From NCBI GenBank assembly GCA_907165135.1, contig OU015568.1, positions 4,712,001-4,776,000 of the forward strand: a stretch of DNA of 64,000 nucleotides. The letters run 5' to 3'. How positions within the stretch are numbered: the stretch's first letter is position 1; every line of letters starts with the position of its first letter. Shown here piece after piece: positions 60,910 to 64,000 of the stretch. Origin of the DNA: Oikopleura dioica. Taxonomy: Eukaryota; Animalia; Chordata. The translations under genes and the position numbers were made by a program. The notes under the pieces were generated by a model. It had not been told where the DNA came from. It did not search any database and saw only the letters and a program-made list of their open reading frames with translations.

Positions 60910-63600
60910 TCATTTATTCAGCAAAAAGTACGGCTCCTTGAAAATTGAATTGTGTCTTCGACAATTTTTCTTCTGAAATTGCTCCATCTTCTTTGCCGAC
61001 TTAATTTTTGTAGAGAAAAGAGTCTTTGATTTCTTACTTGATTTGACCCCTTGCTGAAAAACTTGGGACTTTGGGAAGCATTTCTGAAGCAAGAAGAAAT
61101 CTGGCGTCGACTTCGGCATTTGAAAGCTTCCGGAAGTCATTTTCTTTTATTGACAAGACCTGGCAGCCGCAAGAAATCAGGTACTCATCTTTATTTGCTC
61201 GAGAAGGCGTGAAGAAATCACCGGATCTTTCTACAGGTAGATATAAGAAAAGATAAAGCCTCTAAATTTTAGAGTCTAAAACACAGGATCTACACGGTAT
61301 GAGAGCAGGTGTTCAACTAAAACCTGCACTTAACAGCTGCCAAAAGAAATGAAATGGCATAAATTGAGCGAATTTTTGAAAAATTAAAAAATTTTTGAAA
61401 TGTATCCGAAGTGATTGAACGGTAAATCGTAGATACTCCTTTTCGAGATTTGATATTTTTTACATAGAAAATTCTCATTGAGTTTTTGGCTCAGTCATTT
61501 TTATATATTATTATAAAAATTACAATTATAAAATTATTATAAAAAATGCAGCAATTTATCGAAAATTATTAATGAGAAAGAGTTCCACCTGTTCCTTAAC
61601 TCCCTGACTAAAATAAACACATTATTGACCACTTTCTTCACAACTTTAGCCAGTCCACTTTCAATAAAATGCAATTTTCGCGGCATCTCATTCGGGTCCG
61701 AAATCAGTCTTTCTTTTCGATAAAATGTTCCGGTGACGGATTCATCGGTCAATTTGCCAACTGGAAAGTCTCTCAAACAACGAATCGTTTTGAGAAAATC
61801 GTGGACTTGGGAGATTTCTTGCTTTCTGTGGAAAATTCGCATGTAGTCGGCGCGGGAGAGGGTTAACACGTCGAGCGCTTCTTGGACGAAAACGGTCTCG
61901 CGGCGGGGAATGTTTCGGCGGAGGCAGTCGTCGTCGTCGCCAATGCATTGGCCGGCGGAGATGCTGCCCGTCACTGAAGAAAGAATTGACATTCAGGTAA
62001 AGGACAGGGGAGTACAACGAACAAGGCCACGTCTAAGCCGGAAAATCCGATGCTCACGACGATTTTACCTCATCAACTTGGATCGTGATATTTTGAAAGA
62101 TCATGGTTAAAATTCAATGAAAAAAAATTTTCTTCCGTAATCTTTAGGCCTCGGACGTAAAAAAGACGATTTTCACCTTGTCCAATATTTTCAGACATTA
62201 AATTGGGGAGGTTTTTGGAACCGACAAAAATTTGGACAAATTTTGCGTGGAAATTTTCAACCAATAAGAAACACGGATTCGGCTCACTGGCCAATCAGCA
62301 GTCGAGTAGCCGCCCACGCAAAATTTGTCGAAATTTTTTGTCGATTCCTGATCTTTGGTCGGATCCCCATAAAATTGTCCGTTTCGACAATTTTTCCCAT
62401 ATAATCGTTTTTTCGACAAATAATTGGACCGTTTAACATATTTTTTTTTGCAAACCAGAGTCAAAGAATTTAGTAAAATCATGTTTTATATCCAAAAAGC
62501 CCGTTGAAACAAGAGAATCTCAATATTTTTATTTTGGAAAAGCCTTTTGTGTTATCTTAATAAAAACATTGATTACCTTGAAGTCTGTCCCCATTTAACA
62601 GTCTAGCTGTCTTGCCCTTCAATGCTCTTCCTTGAAGAATAATGTAATAATTCTCCGATCTGTTGTTTTCTTTACAAAGAACTCGGCCAGAATTGAAATG
62701 CTCCAAATGCGCACATTTGCAGATTTCAAGTTGGATTTCCATGTTGAAGCTTGAAATTGGAGGAAAAATTCCAATCGCCCGGGCGCTCGTTTCCAGAAGG
62801 GATTGGGACTTGCGGAGAGAGGAGGGGAGGCGCAGGTATCGGCGGACGGAGGAGTGGATGTTCAAACTAGAATGAAAACCTGTGTAGAAAACCTGAGTTA
62901 GGGTCTGAAAAATTTCTAATGAAAAAAAGCGAATGATCGGTCAGACCCTGACTCAGGTTTTCTACTCAGGTCCGACTCGGCAATGCCGAGCCAAGCTTTT
63001 TGACTAGCAGAAATAAGGGTGTCAACAAGTTAATTTCATAAGAAAAAACTATTTATCAACTGTCAGTTAAATGCTCTAAATCACTGTTGATTCGTTTAAT
63101 CTCTTCTGACTAAATGGATAAGTCCAAAGTCAAAACTGTCAATTCAAGATTTACGCCCGTCGTTTTTAATTCCAGTCAATGTCAAAATTATTGAAATAGC
63201 CCAACTCACGTATTGCCGACTTTGTAGAGCGCAGGATTGAAAACTTCGTTTCCCAACTTCATCTTTTCCGTCAGCTCGGATCTCTGACGAAGCAGCTTGG
63301 AAAATCGTTCTTCAGAAGATTCGTCGTTGAATTTTACTGACTTTAAAACGCCTCTAATTACAGTCAACTTACTGTCAAAGAAAGTAGTCTTACCCAGCTC
63401 GAAGAAGAATAATCGTCTTTCTGACTGCCCGAACAAATCTCTCTAGAAACGAAGATCAGCTCAACTTTTTCCGACTTGTAGGAAGTGTTTTTTGAAAAAA
63501 AAAATGGAACTTACGGCGGGGAATGTTGATTTTCAATACACCTGCACGTCGCTCGGGTATCATCGGCATCCAGGGGAAATCGATAAACTCTGATAGAGTC
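60910..63600 (-). CDS. Cyclic-nucleotide-binding-domain protein (CNBD2-like, two CNBDs); the 5' part probably lies beyond the window
   Basis: QLEICKCAHLEHFNSGRVLCKENNRSENYYIILQG, GQCIGD..RRETVFVQEALDVLTLSRADYMRIF, and a second CNBD start LHFIESGLAKVVKK. Confidence 0.6.
62879..62970. repeat. Family A fold-back element
   Basis: CCTGTGTAGAAAACCTGAGTTAGGGTCTGA...TCAGACCCTGACTCAGGTTTTCTACTCAGG. Confidence 0.8.
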
Positions 63601-63763
63601 TAAAATTGGATACGAGTTATTCTCAAATTTAAGGGCGTGCATTCGTTATTTTTTAAATGGGTCAAGGCAAGTGGAGGGTATTTATTCTAACTTTGATGTC
63701 GAAAAATAACGCTTTGATACCCTTAATTTTTGCCCTTAATAAAGGGTCTCTCCGAGTCGAGAA

Positions 63764-63832
63764 CTTGTGTAGAAAACCTGAGTCAGGTTCTGAAATATAG
63801 TCTAAAAATCTGACTCAGGTTTCTTTCACAGG
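63764..63832. repeat. Family A fold-back element
   Basis: CTTGTGTAGAAAACCTGAGTCAG...CTGACTCAGGTTTCTTTCACAGG. Confidence 0.75.
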
Positions 63833-64000
63833 CTCCCGAGCTCAGTTAAGGGCAAAGCTTTCTCTGTGTTCAGTATTCTGACTTTGATCGAGCAGAATGG
63901 ATCCCCTTATTGGCACCGCTAAACCAACACTTCTATTGTTTTTGCTCAGAAAGTTCTCTGCCCATCACCTGGCTACCGTCTTGTTTTTTGTCTCTCCCGA

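Overview
This is compact, intron-rich eukaryotic DNA that most likely comes from the larvacean tunicate Oikopleura (dioica-like). The assignment is inferred from very short introns, GC-AG and GA-AG donors, operon-like gene packing and lineage-specific gene families. From about 6.2 to 28 kb there is a tightly packed minus-strand run of housekeeping genes: TENT4/PAPD5, STK16, PIGF, ZDHHC17, GTF2F1, CDK8, TBCCD1, MPI, ERH, METTL3 and a SAM-like protein. Most have a 3' splice-like acceptor just upstream of the ATG. The rest of the window holds a Tribbles-like pseudokinase, a K2P channel with an altered second pore filter, an HCN-like channel, two related secreted proteins, a ZZ/RING pseudogene, SLC26A11, a GST, a plant-type GH79 glycosidase with a nested antisense gene, and a partial two-CNBD gene. 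Two domain architectures stand out. One is a divergent protein kinase fused to a papain-like protease domain with intact Q-C-H-N catalytic spacing (55.6-58.0 kb). The other is an RD/RS-rich protein carrying three DHX9-type dsRBDs fused to a ZFR/NF90-type DZF domain (43.1-47.6 kb); its first intron contains a 590-bp fold-back element. Non-coding DNA carries several inverted-repeat (MITE-like) families and an intronic motif, (G)ACATCT, repeated with strict 10-bp periodicity. No rRNA, tRNA or CRISPR array was recognised. All homology calls come from recalled sequence motifs, not database searches. Exon boundaries were inferred by eye.
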